A DNA stretch of 63,720 nt, taken from Candidatus Poseidoniales archaeon. GTDB taxonomy: Archaea; Thermoplasmatota; Poseidoniia; Poseidoniales; Thalassarchaeaceae. The position numbers and the translations under genes are program-made. The DNA lies in NCBI GenBank assembly GCA_003602515.1, contig QQSB01000002.1:6296-70015 (forward strand), read 5' to 3'. Under the pieces are notes generated by a model. It saw nothing but the letters and a program-made list of their open reading frames with translations, did not search any database and was not told where the DNA came from. Position 1 is the first letter of the stretch. Each line of letters starts with the position of its first letter. This document shows positions 8,991 through 18,518 of this stretch, piece by piece.

Positions 8991-10556
8991 CTATTCGCCT
9001 CTCGCTGAAATGACCTGATCTATCCTTAGCATTCCCATTGCCGTCTCTGTGGCTGCCTCGAGAGAGTTCTCTATCACTGACCTAGGATGCCAAACGCCAT
9101 CTACCTCCCAAATCTTCCCATCTTGCGAAATGCCGACTGGAATCTCACTAAGCGGAATTGATCTGAGTTCCAGGACCCTGTCTAGTGTTTCGCCGCCTGC
9201 ATTCTCGACGAGAGTAGCTGGAATTGTCTCCATCGCCCTGGCGAATGCCTCCATTGCTAGCCTCTCCCTTCCTCCTTCACTCTCGGCCGCTGTCCTAACT
9301 GCATGGGCAATCCTACTGTGGGTCGACCCAGCTCCCGGTAGCACATCCTCAGCTAAGGCCAACGATGTTGCCCTTAGGGAATCGTGAAGTCCACGGATTA
9401 CCTCCTCCGTCCCAGTCTCACCTGCTCCACCAACCTCGATCGTGACAATGGATGGTTTTCGGCATCCCTCAATTCTGATCACGTCTTCCACCTCGTCCGT
9501 AGATTCCTTCCTGATCCATGATGCATGCCCACAGAATCCCAAGTCTGCCTCTTCAATGTCTAGGGGGCTTTCGACGATTCTCGAGCCGGTTGCATCGGAG
9601 GCGTTTCTCAGCTCTGAGGAATCCAGTTTCTCCACGACTAGGATTCCATTTTCGCATAATGTGTGGAGGATGTCCTTGTCGATCTCTCCAGAGCATAGGA
9701 CCACTCGGGCACCTGACTCACTTATGCCACGAGAAATCTCCGACTTTCTGTCATGCTCCGCTCCTATGAACGAGTCTAGAGCGTCTGCACTGGTAATCCT
9801 CAATTCCGCGTCCCTGACCATCTCTCTGATCTTGATATCCCCATCCAAGCAGACGACCTTTGCATCTCGGACATCGTTAGGTAGATCGTTCATTAGCACC
9901 CTCCTACGGATTATTACTCCCTTGACCAATCCCGAGTCCTTCACTCCGCCAGTTCCTGTCTTGAACATGGACACGTGTTGCGCGAGAGCCTCCCCTCGAT
10001 TCTCGAGAACGATGTTTAGAGCCTCAACGATAAGTGGGGAGAATACCTCGAGGGCAGATTCTGCTACCTTTCCCCGAAGTGAGGTTTCTGCCACTGCCAG
10101 GAGCTTGTCGTCATCGGTTACGGAAGAGTCTTTTTCGATTTGTGAGGCTGCTGCTTGTAGGGAGATTTCGTATCCATCGATCAGGGTGAGTGGGTGAAGA
10201 CCCTTCCTGAAGAGGTTGTTCGCCTCTATCAATAGTGATCCGCAAATCAGCATCCCAGTGGTGACTCCGTCCCCGCAGTCCTCCTCCTGGGACTCCGCCA
10301 TTGAGACCATCATTTTCGCAGCAGGGTGCTTGACTAGAAGCTCGGCGACGATCTTCGCTCCGTCATTGGTGACAGCGGTGGTCCCATCGGTCTTGTAGAG
10401 CATCTTGTCAAGTCCACGGGGCCCGTATGTAGGCTTCAGGAGGTCTGAGAAAACTCTGGCCGCTATGATTAGTTTCTCCTGTACGTCGGTGCCGCTAGTT
10501 ACCTTGGTGCTCTGAGAGGCGATTTCGACCTTCGGCTTGTCCGAGCCCTCACCCAT
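8991..10556 (-). CDS. ths: thermosome subunit (group II chaperonin)
   Basis: TYGPRGLDKML, TNDGAKIV, HPAAKMMV and CGDGVTTG. The ORF-track N-terminal 24 aa are unlike chaperonins, so the ATG at 10556 (MGEGSDKP) is preferred. Confidence 0.85.
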   Translation of the reverse strand: MGEGSDKPKVEIASQSTKVTSGTDVQEKLIIAARVFSDLLKPTYGPRGLDKMLYKTDGTTAVTNDGAKIVAELLVKHPAAKMMVSMAESQEEDCGDGVTTGMLICGSLLIEANNLFRKGLHPLTLIDGYEISLQAAASQIEKDSSVTDDDKLLAVAETSLRGKVAESALEVFSPLIVEALNIVLENRGEALAQHVSMFKTGTGGVKDSGLVKGVIIRRRVLMNDLPNDVRDAKVVCLDGDIKIREMVRDAELRITSADALDSFIGAEHDRKSEISRGISESGARVVLCSGEIDKDILHTLCENGILVVEKLDSSELRNASDATGSRIVESPLDIEEADLGFCGHASWIRKESTDEVEDVIRIEGCRKPSIVTIEVGGAGETGTEEVIRGLHDSLRATSLALAEDVLPGAGSTHSRIAHAVRTAAESEGGRERLAMEAFARAMETIPATLVENAGGETLDRVLELRSIPLSEIPVGISQDGKIWEVDGVWHPRSVIENSLEAATETAMGMLRIDQVISARGE

Positions 10557-10607
10557 GATTACTTTCGGCGTGAGTGCTTGACATGAATGCTTTGAGGGTG
10601 CAATTAG

Positions 10608-11609
10608 ATGAGTTCGGGAGCAATCCATACGAATGTCTATGACAGCCGTAAGTCAGGAAGTTTTGTGATTAATCGATCATTCTCGGTCATTTTCATTTCC
10701 AGTATGCTGGTTCTTTGTGGTATTTCTCCCAGTGGTTCGGCTCAAGTTCTGCCTGAAACCGATCTCGAGTGCGATGACTCAACGGAAATTGATCTCTCGG
10801 ACGGGGCCGGTAGTTCTGTTATCAATTGTGAACTAACTAATCCGACTGCTTTTGCTGAGAAGGTTGAGTTGACCTATCAGAGCGGGGCTCTGGATACGGC
10901 TGGCCCGGGGAGCGTGACTGTTGAAGGCGGGCAGACCTCGACTTTCCAGATTGTGATAGCCTCTTCCTCGGGGCAGTCAGCTGGAACTTACGAGGTCAAC
11001 GTAAGTGCGGTGGTGACCGAGTGGAACGGGGTTCCAGTGAGTATTTTCGGGTTCTCGGACGAAGAGGGGGTCGAAGTAGAGGTACTCCCCTACACGACTT
11101 GCTCTTCTTCGCGACCCTCGGCAATCTTCGCTGAGGCTGGCGAGGATGTGGCCTTCTCGGTGGTTTACAGCTGTGATAGCAACGAGGATATCAGCATGTC
11201 AATCTCTCTGCATCTGCTGGAGAAGGGCAGCTCGCAAGAGGGAATGTGGCCATCGGGTTTCAATGACATGTCGGTGGGTGGCTGCAATATCCAGAATCCG
11301 ATGGGTTCTGTAAGCTGCGATTTCATCCTGACCACGCCTTCCAACCTCCAAGAGAAGTGGGAGGGATGCCTGATCGTGGTGGATGAGGTTAGCAACCCGG
11401 GATGGTCCTGCTCGAGTGATTTCGCGTTCCCTCTAACTGTGAATGAGAGGGAGACCGTGGTTCCCTCAGTCGGAATTGACGTGAATGGAACTATACTGGA
11501 GGAACTGGGTGTCACAGAGGAGAATCAGGTTTACTTCATCGGAGGCGGTGCTGGACTAGTCGTTCTGTTGATTTCTCTGATTGTGATTCTGAGACGTCGT
11601 CGTAGCTAG
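10608..11609 (+). CDS. secreted / membrane-anchored surface protein (hypothetical)
   Basis: N-terminal signal-like segment FSVIFISSMLVLCGISPSGSAQV, a Cys-containing beta-rich body, and a C-terminal TM anchor GLVVLLISLIVILRRRRS. Confidence 0.55.
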   Translation: MSSGAIHTNVYDSRKSGSFVINRSFSVIFISSMLVLCGISPSGSAQVLPETDLECDDSTEIDLSDGAGSSVINCELTNPTAFAEKVELTYQSGALDTAGPGSVTVEGGQTSTFQIVIASSSGQSAGTYEVNVSAVVTEWNGVPVSIFGFSDEEGVEVEVLPYTTCSSSRPSAIFAEAGEDVAFSVVYSCDSNEDISMSISLHLLEKGSSQEGMWPSGFNDMSVGGCNIQNPMGSVSCDFILTTPSNLQEKWEGCLIVVDEVSNPGWSCSSDFAFPLTVNERETVVPSVGIDVNGTILEELGVTEENQVYFIGGGAGLVVLLISLIVILRRRRS

Positions 11610-11653
11610 CTTTTCTTGCATATGTTCTGTTCAGAAAACTATCCTAGCAAAAG

Positions 11654-11663
11654 AAAGTATATG
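11654..11663 (+). promoter_or_regulatory. TATA-like box upstream of selO
   Basis: AAAGTATATG is centred about 28 nt upstream of the TTG start at 11687. Confidence 0.4.
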
Positions 11664-11686
11664 CTAGTATTGTTGGACAACTTCAA

Positions 11687-13240
11687 TTGTCCAATGCATT
11701 ACAGGAGACTGTGGCAAAGAAGTCGTTAGGGTCGTTAAATTGGGTCAGTCGATTTCTAGACGAGACCCCTGGAGACTCAATGTTTGGAGGAGCATCCAGG
11801 CAGGTTCCGGGAGCGTGCTGGTCTAGAGTGAAGCCTGAGCTCATGCCAGATACCAACATTAGGCTGTGGTCAGCCGAGATGGCTGCTGAACTAGGAATCG
11901 AGGTGGCTGATGCCGACTATCTCGGGGGGAGTAAATTTACTGAAGGAATGGATCCCTATTCACAGCGATACGGGGGCCATCAATTTGGAACCTGGGCAGG
12001 ACAACTTGGAGATGGCAGAGCGATTACCATAGGCGAGGTAGATACTGGGAGAGAGGTACTGGAGCTACAACTCAAGGGATCAGGAGCAACTCCCTACTCA
12101 CGTTTTTCCGATGGGAGAGCAGTTCTGCGCTCCTCAATTCGTGAGTTTCTCTGCAGCGAGGCTATGCATCACCTCGGCGTTCCGACAACCCGGGCACTAT
12201 CCCTAGTGACAACAGGAGAAGACGTTGTACGTGATATGTTGTATGATGGAAGACCGGCCCCCGAACCCGGCGCGATTGTCTGTAGAGTGGCTCAGAGTTT
12301 CATTCGATTCGGGAGCTTTCAGATCCACACAATGTCTGGGGATCAAGGTACGCTTAGAATCCTGGTTGACCACACAGTGAAGCGTCATTTCCCCGGTCAG
12401 GGTAGTGATTCTGATGAGGGGCTAATCGAATGGCTAAAGCAGATAGCAGATAGGACCGCGCTAACAATCGCCCATTGGATGAGAGTCGGCTTTGTGCATG
12501 GTGTGATGAACACGGATAATATGTCCGTCCATGGTCTTACCATTGATTATGGCCCATATGGCTGGCTAGAGGACTTCGATCCGAATTGGACGCCGAACAC
12601 GACTGATTCCAGTAGTAGAAGATACAGATTTGGTAATCAAGCTCAAATCGGAGCGTGGAACTTTGCCCGCCTGCTGGATTCAATTGCCCCCTTGATGGAG
12701 GAGCCAGAAAGGCTGTATGAGGCTCTAGAATTCTACTTCGAGGCGTATAAAGAGCATAATGGCCGAATGTGGGCTGGAAAGCTTGGTTTGGAGGGTTTCA
12801 ATGCTGGAGATGAAGGCCTAGTCACAGAATTGACATCAATTTTGCAGAGAGTCGAGACGGATATGACGATATTCTTCAGGATGTTATCTACGATTAGGAG
12901 ACCCGATGTCGATCATCTGAGATTCGCATTCTACAATGAAGATACGATTCCAGAAGACGAGTGGAACGATTGGCTTGGCAAATGGTGGGATAGGGTGAAC
13001 GAGAAGCCCGATCGGGAAAAAATGAGAAGCTCCAATCCGAAGTATGTTCTGAGAAATTGGATGGCTCAGTTAGCAATAGATGCCGCAGAAAAAGAAGACT
13101 ATTCAGTTGCCATAGAACTCTATGAGTTGCTGAAAAGACCCTATGATGAGCAAACGGAGTTCGAGAGTAGGTGGTTTAACAAACGCCCGGAATGGGCTAG
13201 GCATCGAGTTGGTTGCTCGATGCTTTCTTGTTCGAGTTAA
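11687..13240 (+). CDS. selO: SelO/YdiU family protein adenylyltransferase (pseudokinase fold)
   Basis: YSQRYGGHQFGTWAGQLGDGRAI, LQLKGSGATPYSR, DGRAVLRSSIREFLCSEAMHHLGVPTTRAL and HGVMNTDNMS. The start is TTG. Confidence 0.85.
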   Translation: MSNALQETVAKKSLGSLNWVSRFLDETPGDSMFGGASRQVPGACWSRVKPELMPDTNIRLWSAEMAAELGIEVADADYLGGSKFTEGMDPYSQRYGGHQFGTWAGQLGDGRAITIGEVDTGREVLELQLKGSGATPYSRFSDGRAVLRSSIREFLCSEAMHHLGVPTTRALSLVTTGEDVVRDMLYDGRPAPEPGAIVCRVAQSFIRFGSFQIHTMSGDQGTLRILVDHTVKRHFPGQGSDSDEGLIEWLKQIADRTALTIAHWMRVGFVHGVMNTDNMSVHGLTIDYGPYGWLEDFDPNWTPNTTDSSSRRYRFGNQAQIGAWNFARLLDSIAPLMEEPERLYEALEFYFEAYKEHNGRMWAGKLGLEGFNAGDEGLVTELTSILQRVETDMTIFFRMLSTIRRPDVDHLRFAFYNEDTIPEDEWNDWLGKWWDRVNEKPDREKMRSSNPKYVLRNWMAQLAIDAAEKEDYSVAIELYELLKRPYDEQTEFESRWFNKRPEWARHRVGCSMLSCSS

Positions 13241-13288
13241 TCGGTACCATGATTGTCGCCTAATCAAGGGTGCAGACTGGTGGAATTA

Positions 13289-13615
13289 TTACCCTAGGAT
13301 AGTGATCATCCATCTGAGAGAAAGCGACGATGTGACTCCTATGATCAAGGATGGGACCGTTGCAAAGTCGCATACTGCGCTGTAAAAGTAGAATAGCGCG
13401 AGAGTCAGCAGGAGGGAGGTCCCGAAGTCGATCGCCTGGCTCCTACCTAGTCCAGAGTTATTGATGACATGATCCCTCTCCCTTATTGCGAACACCATAG
13501 CGACTAGCGTAGCCAACAAAATTGCGTGGCCAACCACCCAACCAATCGAGTCTCCAAAGACGGAGACCAGGTCATCCTGGAATGTGCCTAGGATGGTGGA
13601 GGCGAGGTCGAACAC
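13289..13615 (-). CDS. small hypothetical membrane protein
   Basis: 108 aa with about three hydrophobic helices. Confidence 0.4.
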   Translation of the reverse strand: MFDLASTILGTFQDDLVSVFGDSIGWVVGHAILLATLVAMVFAIRERDHVINNSGLGRSQAIDFGTSLLLTLALFYFYSAVCDFATVPSLIIGVTSSLSLRWMITILG

Positions 13616-13674
13616 AGGACTAGCGGGTATGCGGATATTCTTGAATCACTCGCACTGGAAAGGAGCCGTGGGCA

Positions 13675-14526
13675 TCACTCGTATCCTAACTTCAGGTGGG
13701 CGTTACCAAACCTCTCCTCGTACGCATCCATTACTTGGCTTGAGAAGTACTCCTCCCACTTGCGTAACTTTCCGGTCGAGATGTGCGGATTGGAGGCTAT
13801 TTCGTCTGCTCTCATCCTGTTCAAATCATGGCCCTTAGCAATCTCAAGACAAGTTGAGATCGAGGTTTCTGGGATCCCTATCCAACGGAACAGCTTCTCG
13901 AATGAACCATCGAAATCTGCTACTAGGTCCTCCATCTTGATGGTCAAGACGTTGTCTCTCTCCTTCCAGCCGACCATCTCGTCAATGGTGATTCTTGCGA
14001 AACCATCCATTTCGAAGATTAGCCCCTCGTCCTGTCCGAGCCCTCTTATCCTCTCCTGATACGATACCCCTCCCAGGCTGGATACGAAGGACTCTCGGGT
14101 CTCCAAGTCTCTATGAGCAAGGGGTAGCGGGACCTGAGGATGGTGATATCCGGGCTTAGAGAAGTCCGAATTAACGCACCACAACTCAGAGCATCTCTGG
14201 TGATATAGAAAACCGGATACGATGACATCTCTTGGATCTCGGATTATCCTGACTCCCCTCCTTCCAGACTGTAGAAAGGCATCTGTCGTGGTTCCGTGAA
14301 TGACGTGAAGGAGATCTGTCTTCGATGCGATGTCCTGTGCGATCCCCATCTCGCTATTGTACCTCCAGCCGATTCTCTCGGTCGATTCCATCAGCACCTT
14401 CCTGCATAGGACGGTCGCGACCTTGTGGTGAGTCAGGATGAATGCAGGCTCTGCAGGCTTGCTCCCCAAGGCCCTCCTTACGCTCAAGACCATCTGCTTC
14501 GCTGTCCAGAGTCCCGGTATGTACAC
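13675..14526 (-). CDS. PAPS-dependent sulfotransferase (family-1-like)
   Basis: HHKVAT (5'-PSB-like), RIIRDPRDVIVSGF (3'-PB) and C-terminal GKLRKWEEYFS. Confidence 0.75.
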   Translation of the reverse strand: MYIPGLWTAKQMVLSVRRALGSKPAEPAFILTHHKVATVLCRKVLMESTERIGWRYNSEMGIAQDIASKTDLLHVIHGTTTDAFLQSGRRGVRIIRDPRDVIVSGFLYHQRCSELWCVNSDFSKPGYHHPQVPLPLAHRDLETRESFVSSLGGVSYQERIRGLGQDEGLIFEMDGFARITIDEMVGWKERDNVLTIKMEDLVADFDGSFEKLFRWIGIPETSISTCLEIAKGHDLNRMRADEIASNPHISTGKLRKWEEYFSSQVMDAYEERFGNAHLKLGYE

Positions 14527-14583
14527 GAATATCCCATCTATCCGTCCTGATGATTCAGAGATGAATGAATCGGTGTGAGACTA

Positions 14584-15816
14584 CTATAGAAGAGAACGTA
14601 GCCTCTCGTCCAGTTGTGAGGCGTAGTTCTCCGAGCTGAGACCTAGTTCTACGATTCTGGAAAGCCCGGATTCGGCCCATCTTGCCCTTATATCGGGGTC
14701 TCTTGCTTGCATCAACGCTTGCCTCCAATCGTCAAAGTCACCTCTAGCAACCAGCCTGCCGTTGACTCCGTCTACTATAGTGTCCCGATACCCGCCCTCA
14801 TCGACGAAAACGGGTGGCGCCCCCAGAGCCATAGACTCAATCGGGGTGAGTCCGAACGCCTCGCCGTGTGCCAGACCTATCACCGCCGTGGATCTCTTCA
14901 TCAGGATAGCCATCTCGGTGCTGTCTAGGTTAGATAGGACCTGTACATCGACTCCCAACCTCCTCCCAAAGGACACGAGGTCCTGGTTCTCCGTCCCGCT
15001 ACCTCCCCCAACTAGGACCAAATCTAGGTCGCATCCGACAATATGCTCGACTGATTCGTAAGCACCCTTGAATCGACTTAGATTTCCGACGGTCACGACG
15101 TATTCTGATTCGTTTGATCCTCTCAGTCTGTCGATGACTCGATCTTCGCCGGGAGATTCCTCTCTCTGGAATTCAGACAGGTCAACTACTGGGAATAGTA
15201 CCTCGCCCGTGATTCCATATTCCTCCATTAGTTTACTCGCAGAGTAGTTAGAATTGGCGCTAATGATCCACTTCTCGTTCTGGTTGAATCCTTTGAATGA
15301 AGAAATTATTCTCCTTTTGTGGTAGACCTGCAAAGCATGGACGACATGAGCCCGCCACATACCAGAACCATCGCTATTGAGGTGGCTCACGCTGTCGAAA
15401 ATCCCTGATTTAGATTCTAGGAAGTGAAGATGGAGCGGCTTTGAATTGGGAACCAAGGAGACGAAGTCCATTGATCCGGCTCCAGTCGTGAGATGGATTG
15501 CATCTGCCCATTCGATGGCATGACTGATTCCTTCTAGGGCCTCCCATGCCTTCTTTGACGATCTATCCTGCTTCGCCGATATCTCGTTCCAAATCCCACC
15601 CTTCACCTCCCATTGTCTATCAGGACAGATTACTTCCACACCGAGAGACTCTATTTTCACGCGTTGGCTATCCAGTATGTTGAGGCAGCAGAATTTCACC
15701 TCGAATTTCCTGCTCAACTCAGGGAGGTTGCGAAGGAGGTCTCGAGCCGCCCCCCCATTCCGTACCATGGCTGCCTTGGACACTAGGAGCCTGGTTGCGC
15801 GTCCCTCCATGACCAT
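14584..15816 (-). CDS. GT4-family glycosyltransferase
   Basis: C-terminal GEAFGLTPIESMALGAPPVFVDEGG (E-x7-E region) and a GT-B layout. Confidence 0.8.
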   Translation of the reverse strand: MVMEGRATRLLVSKAAMVRNGGAARDLLRNLPELSRKFEVKFCCLNILDSQRVKIESLGVEVICPDRQWEVKGGIWNEISAKQDRSSKKAWEALEGISHAIEWADAIHLTTGAGSMDFVSLVPNSKPLHLHFLESKSGIFDSVSHLNSDGSGMWRAHVVHALQVYHKRRIISSFKGFNQNEKWIISANSNYSASKLMEEYGITGEVLFPVVDLSEFQREESPGEDRVIDRLRGSNESEYVVTVGNLSRFKGAYESVEHIVGCDLDLVLVGGGSGTENQDLVSFGRRLGVDVQVLSNLDSTEMAILMKRSTAVIGLAHGEAFGLTPIESMALGAPPVFVDEGGYRDTIVDGVNGRLVARGDFDDWRQALMQARDPDIRARWAESGLSRIVELGLSSENYASQLDERLRSLL

Positions 15817-15871
15817 CCGGGTGCCAATTCTGGTTTTTCGTTGTCGGTTCAGAAGAAAGTGTCGAAATCTC

Positions 15872-16546
15872 TCAATTTGAGTATCCGAATAGCTCGAAGT
15901 CTTTCTCGTACCTCTTTGATGCTAAGGCCCTGGTTTCATCCGAGAATAGATCAGAGGCTGTTCTTCCTGATGACTTGTTCAGCATGGGAAGCTCTGCGAA
16001 GTCGTACCTTTCCCTTATCTCTTCAAAGTCCGATGGGAGATTCTCGAACTTTCCTATGAAGTCGATCTTCTTTCCCGAGGCGAAGACTATCTTGTTTTGA
16101 GCCTTGAAGTGCCTGTCGCACAGTATGTCTGGAATCTTCGATACCTTGCGGACAAACTCTTCGAAAGAATCGTCGTTTTTCAGGTACCCGAATAGATAAT
16201 TAGAGAACATGAACTTTGATTCGTCCACTTTGTTGAACTTTGCACGGTAGCAAGAGGCGAGTCTCTCATACGGGTCACGAACGATTGCAAAAGAAAAATA
16301 CGAGGTTTTCTTCTTGGGTATCCTTCTGTGAGAGAGATGGGATGTGTGCTGGTGGATCTGAATACCTTCGGGTGGAGAGCCGTAAATGGAGGTCTTAATC
16401 GACGAGCATGCCGATTTTGCCACACTGGCGAACACTACCTCCTTTTCGTCTAGGATGATGTAGTCGGGAGAGTCCAGTTCGCCTCTTATGACTACACTCG
16501 CCATGTCCCTAAGGAAGTGATACGTGTTTTTCAGAGAGATTTTCAT
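15872..16546 (-). CDS. sulfotransferase (family-2 / carbohydrate-sulfotransferase-like)
   Basis: ASVAKSACSSIK (5'-PSB) and AIVRDPYERLASCYRAKF (3'-PB). GC is low on hand-counted lines, about 40-47%. Confidence 0.7.
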   Translation of the reverse strand: MKISLKNTYHFLRDMASVVIRGELDSPDYIILDEKEVVFASVAKSACSSIKTSIYGSPPEGIQIHQHTSHLSHRRIPKKKTSYFSFAIVRDPYERLASCYRAKFNKVDESKFMFSNYLFGYLKNDDSFEEFVRKVSKIPDILCDRHFKAQNKIVFASGKKIDFIGKFENLPSDFEEIRERYDFAELPMLNKSSGRTASDLFSDETRALASKRYEKDFELFGYSN

Positions 16547-16690
16547 TTATCCTCCTCCGATGAAGTCATGAACCCCATAATAGGCATGCTATCCAAGAGG
16601 CGGGAATGGTCCGTTTTATGACTATGCTTGGCAAAGACCAGGTCGCCGATGATGAAAGTGAAATGATATGCCCCTACCGGAACAGCGAGG

Positions 16691-17596
16691 GTGTTGAGTG
16701 TGGATGTTTTCTTGATAGGGGTTCCAAAGGCCGGAACCACATGGTTGTCAAATATCCTAGATCAGCACCCTGGAGTTGTCCTTTCAGAACCCAAGGAGCC
16801 GAACTTCGTTGCTTCTCACAAAGGGACCTTCGAGAGGGACGAGGGTGAGCCTGATTGGTCCAAGTACGATGGTTTCTTCTCAGGAGATGGGCTGAAGATG
16901 GATGCATCCGTCCACACCTTTTCCTGTCCGATCGCACCAGAGAGGATAAGATCAAACTTCCCAGATGCTAGGTTCATTCTCTGTTTGAGAGAGCCCGTTT
17001 CTAGGACGGTGAGTCACTGGAACATGGTGCGAAGCACGGGTGAGGATCGAGAGAATGACAGGGATTGGAGTACTTTCGAGAAGGCTTGGTTGGACGATTC
17101 ATTACGTGTAGACTCATTATACGGGAGTTCAATGAAGGAATGGTTGAGTCATTTTGACCTAGATAGATTCGTGATTATCGATAGCTCTAGGATGAGGTCA
17201 GAGCCCATGGCAGTAGTGAGAGAGGTGGAGAGTTTCCTAAGAATCGAAGAATGGGACTACGACGTGAACATGGATAGGCACGCGAACCTAGCTTCGAGCA
17301 ATCGTAAGACCACAGCAGTCGGTACTTTGGTGAAGCTCATCTTCTCACTGATTCCCAAGTTTGTCAAATCTCCAATCGTAAAATCTCTGCAAAGGAGAGA
17401 CTGGAATATCTACAGATTGCCTGTATTGAGCGCTGAAGAAGAATACATACCGCTAGGCGATCATCATTACTCTACATGTGGTGAGGAATTATGCGACGAA
17501 ATTTCCCTGTTCGGGAGCTTGACTGGTTTCGACCACTCAGACTGGGAGAGTCATATGCGAGATAGGTTTGAGTCGGGTTCCGAGAGGAGCGAGTAG
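16691..17596 (+). CDS. PAPS-dependent sulfotransferase (family-1/3-like)
   Basis: Canonical FLIGVPKAGTTWLSNIL (5'-PSB) and LCLREPVSRTVSHW (3'-PB). GTG start. Confidence 0.8.
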   Translation: MLSVDVFLIGVPKAGTTWLSNILDQHPGVVLSEPKEPNFVASHKGTFERDEGEPDWSKYDGFFSGDGLKMDASVHTFSCPIAPERIRSNFPDARFILCLREPVSRTVSHWNMVRSTGEDRENDRDWSTFEKAWLDDSLRVDSLYGSSMKEWLSHFDLDRFVIIDSSRMRSEPMAVVREVESFLRIEEWDYDVNMDRHANLASSNRKTTAVGTLVKLIFSLIPKFVKSPIVKSLQRRDWNIYRLPVLSAEEEYIPLGDHHYSTCGEELCDEISLFGSLTGFDHSDWESHMRDRFESGSERSE

Positions 17597-18518
17597 TTTG
17601 GTAACACCTGCAGATGCTGAGTGGCTCATATCGAGAGCTGGGTTGCAGGGTCTGGATTCTATTGCCCCTCTGGATGGGGGTTGGGATAATACCAACTTGC
17701 AATTGATGCTGGAGAGTGGTTCTTCCTTCGTCCTGAAGGCATGGTACGCAAATACAGTCGAGGAGGTCGGCAGAGTAATCGCACGCCATGTTCACCTGCA
17801 TGAGCATGGAATCCCTACCACCGTCCCAATAATGCTCACTGATGGTTCGCTGATGGCCATCAAGGACGGGGTCGCGTGGACCCTACTTCCATTTGTCAAG
17901 GGAGGAATACTGGGGCTAGACGAGGCTTCTGTGCGTAGCCTTGGGGAAACCCAAGCCAAGATGCACCTCATTCCAGGAGCAGACTGCTTCCCCAAGAGTT
18001 ACAGGATGGGGTTCGAGTTGTTCGAAGAGGTGATTTCCCTATCCTCCAGGATGGGAGTGTCGAACCCGTTCGTCGAAATGCTGTCTTCACGGATTGCCGA
18101 GACTAAGTCAGATTTCCCCTCGGACCTACCAATGGGAGTCCTACATGGCGATTTATTCCCAGACAATGTGATTGGGAGCGGGGGGGGAGTATCTGCTATT
18201 CTCGATTTGGAAGAGGCCTGGATCGGCCCGATGGCATTCGACCTTGCAATGTCATGCGTGGGCTTCGGATGGGATGGAAATGTACCGGTTTGGAGTCGTT
18301 GGAAGGCCCTATTCGATGGATATCAGAGTGTGAGGAGACTCAGCCAGAAAGAGGTTGATTGCCTCCCATTTCTTCATCAATTTGCCACGCTATGTATAGC
18401 CTCCTGGAGGTTCTGGAAGCACAATCTAAGGGAGCCTGACGAGATTCTCTCCAACAGGTACGTGGAAATGGTTGATAGACTAAGCGTGGAGATTGATTTT
18501 TCCGAGGTCTTAGGATGA
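17568..18518 (+). CDS. APH-fold kinase (homoserine kinase type II / aminoglycoside phosphotransferase family)
   Basis: VLHGDLFPDNVI catalytic loop and ILDLEEA. The ORF-track TTG start overlaps the upstream gene by 29 nt. An in-frame TTG at 17598 is an alternative start. Confidence 0.65.
   Translation: MSRVPRGASSLVTPADAEWLISRAGLQGLDSIAPLDGGWDNTNLQLMLESGSSFVLKAWYANTVEEVGRVIARHVHLHEHGIPTTVPIMLTDGSLMAIKDGVAWTLLPFVKGGILGLDEASVRSLGETQAKMHLIPGADCFPKSYRMGFELFEEVISLSSRMGVSNPFVEMLSSRIAETKSDFPSDLPMGVLHGDLFPDNVIGSGGGVSAILDLEEAWIGPMAFDLAMSCVGFGWDGNVPVWSRWKALFDGYQSVRRLSQKEVDCLPFLHQFATLCIASWRFWKHNLREPDEILSNRYVEMVDRLSVEIDFSEVLG

Noticed and set aside
16547-16690. Regulatory palindrome in the divergent spacer between two sulfotransferase genes
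   Set aside because: Only short (4-5 bp) self-complementary stretches were seen, none above chance expectation.
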